A DNA stretch of 64,000 bases from contig NC_043002.1 of NCBI RefSeq assembly GCF_006345805.1, positions 37,386,001-37,450,000 on the forward strand. Reading direction: 5' to 3'. A program made the translations under genes and the position numbers. Source of the DNA: Octopus sinensis (taxonomy: Eukaryota). The notes under the pieces were generated by a model, which was given only the letters and a program-made list of their open reading frames with translations, did not search any database and was not told where the DNA came from. Shown here piece after piece: positions 63,851 to 64,000 of this stretch. Within the stretch, counting starts at the first letter, position 1. Each line of letters begins with the position of its first letter.

Positions 63851-63968
63851 TTATAGAATATTGAAAATAAATGACATTCATTTACATTAATCAAAACATG
63901 ACACAAAGATACACACTCAGACTTATGCATATATATGTATGTACATACATACATACATACATACTACA

Positions 63969-64000
<32 letters not shown>

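Overview
Eukaryotic, AT-rich, repeat-saturated genomic DNA. The SINE families look like those of octopus (coleoid cephalopod); this is recognition from memory, not a database search. Most of the window is intronic: four or more interleaved SINE families, fragments of RTE, CR1, L1/Tx1 and Penelope-like retroelements, MITEs or remnants of Tc1/mariner, Tc2, Tigger, piggyBac, hAT, Merlin-like, Helitron and Helentron type, and many microsatellites. Almost every ORF in the supplied track is a microsatellite or repeat artefact. Read by eye, a chain of small GT-AG exons on the + strand (about 17.4-57.0 kb) is phase-compatible and spells about 185 aa of a protein I do not recognise. The most unusual signals are two unrelated repeats that each fold, on the - strand, into a minimal type I hammerhead-ribozyme topology with a non-canonical but compensatory 3-8 core pair (U3-A8 and G3-C8). 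Also notable are a SINE nested in the internal (TA)n of an older copy of its own family, a ~310-bp palindrome next to an exon, and a Merlin-like MITE carrying TTAGGG repeats. No prokaryotic-type system, CRISPR array, rRNA or genuine tRNA is supported. All coordinates were read manually, and SINE edges are approximate (about +/-10 bp).
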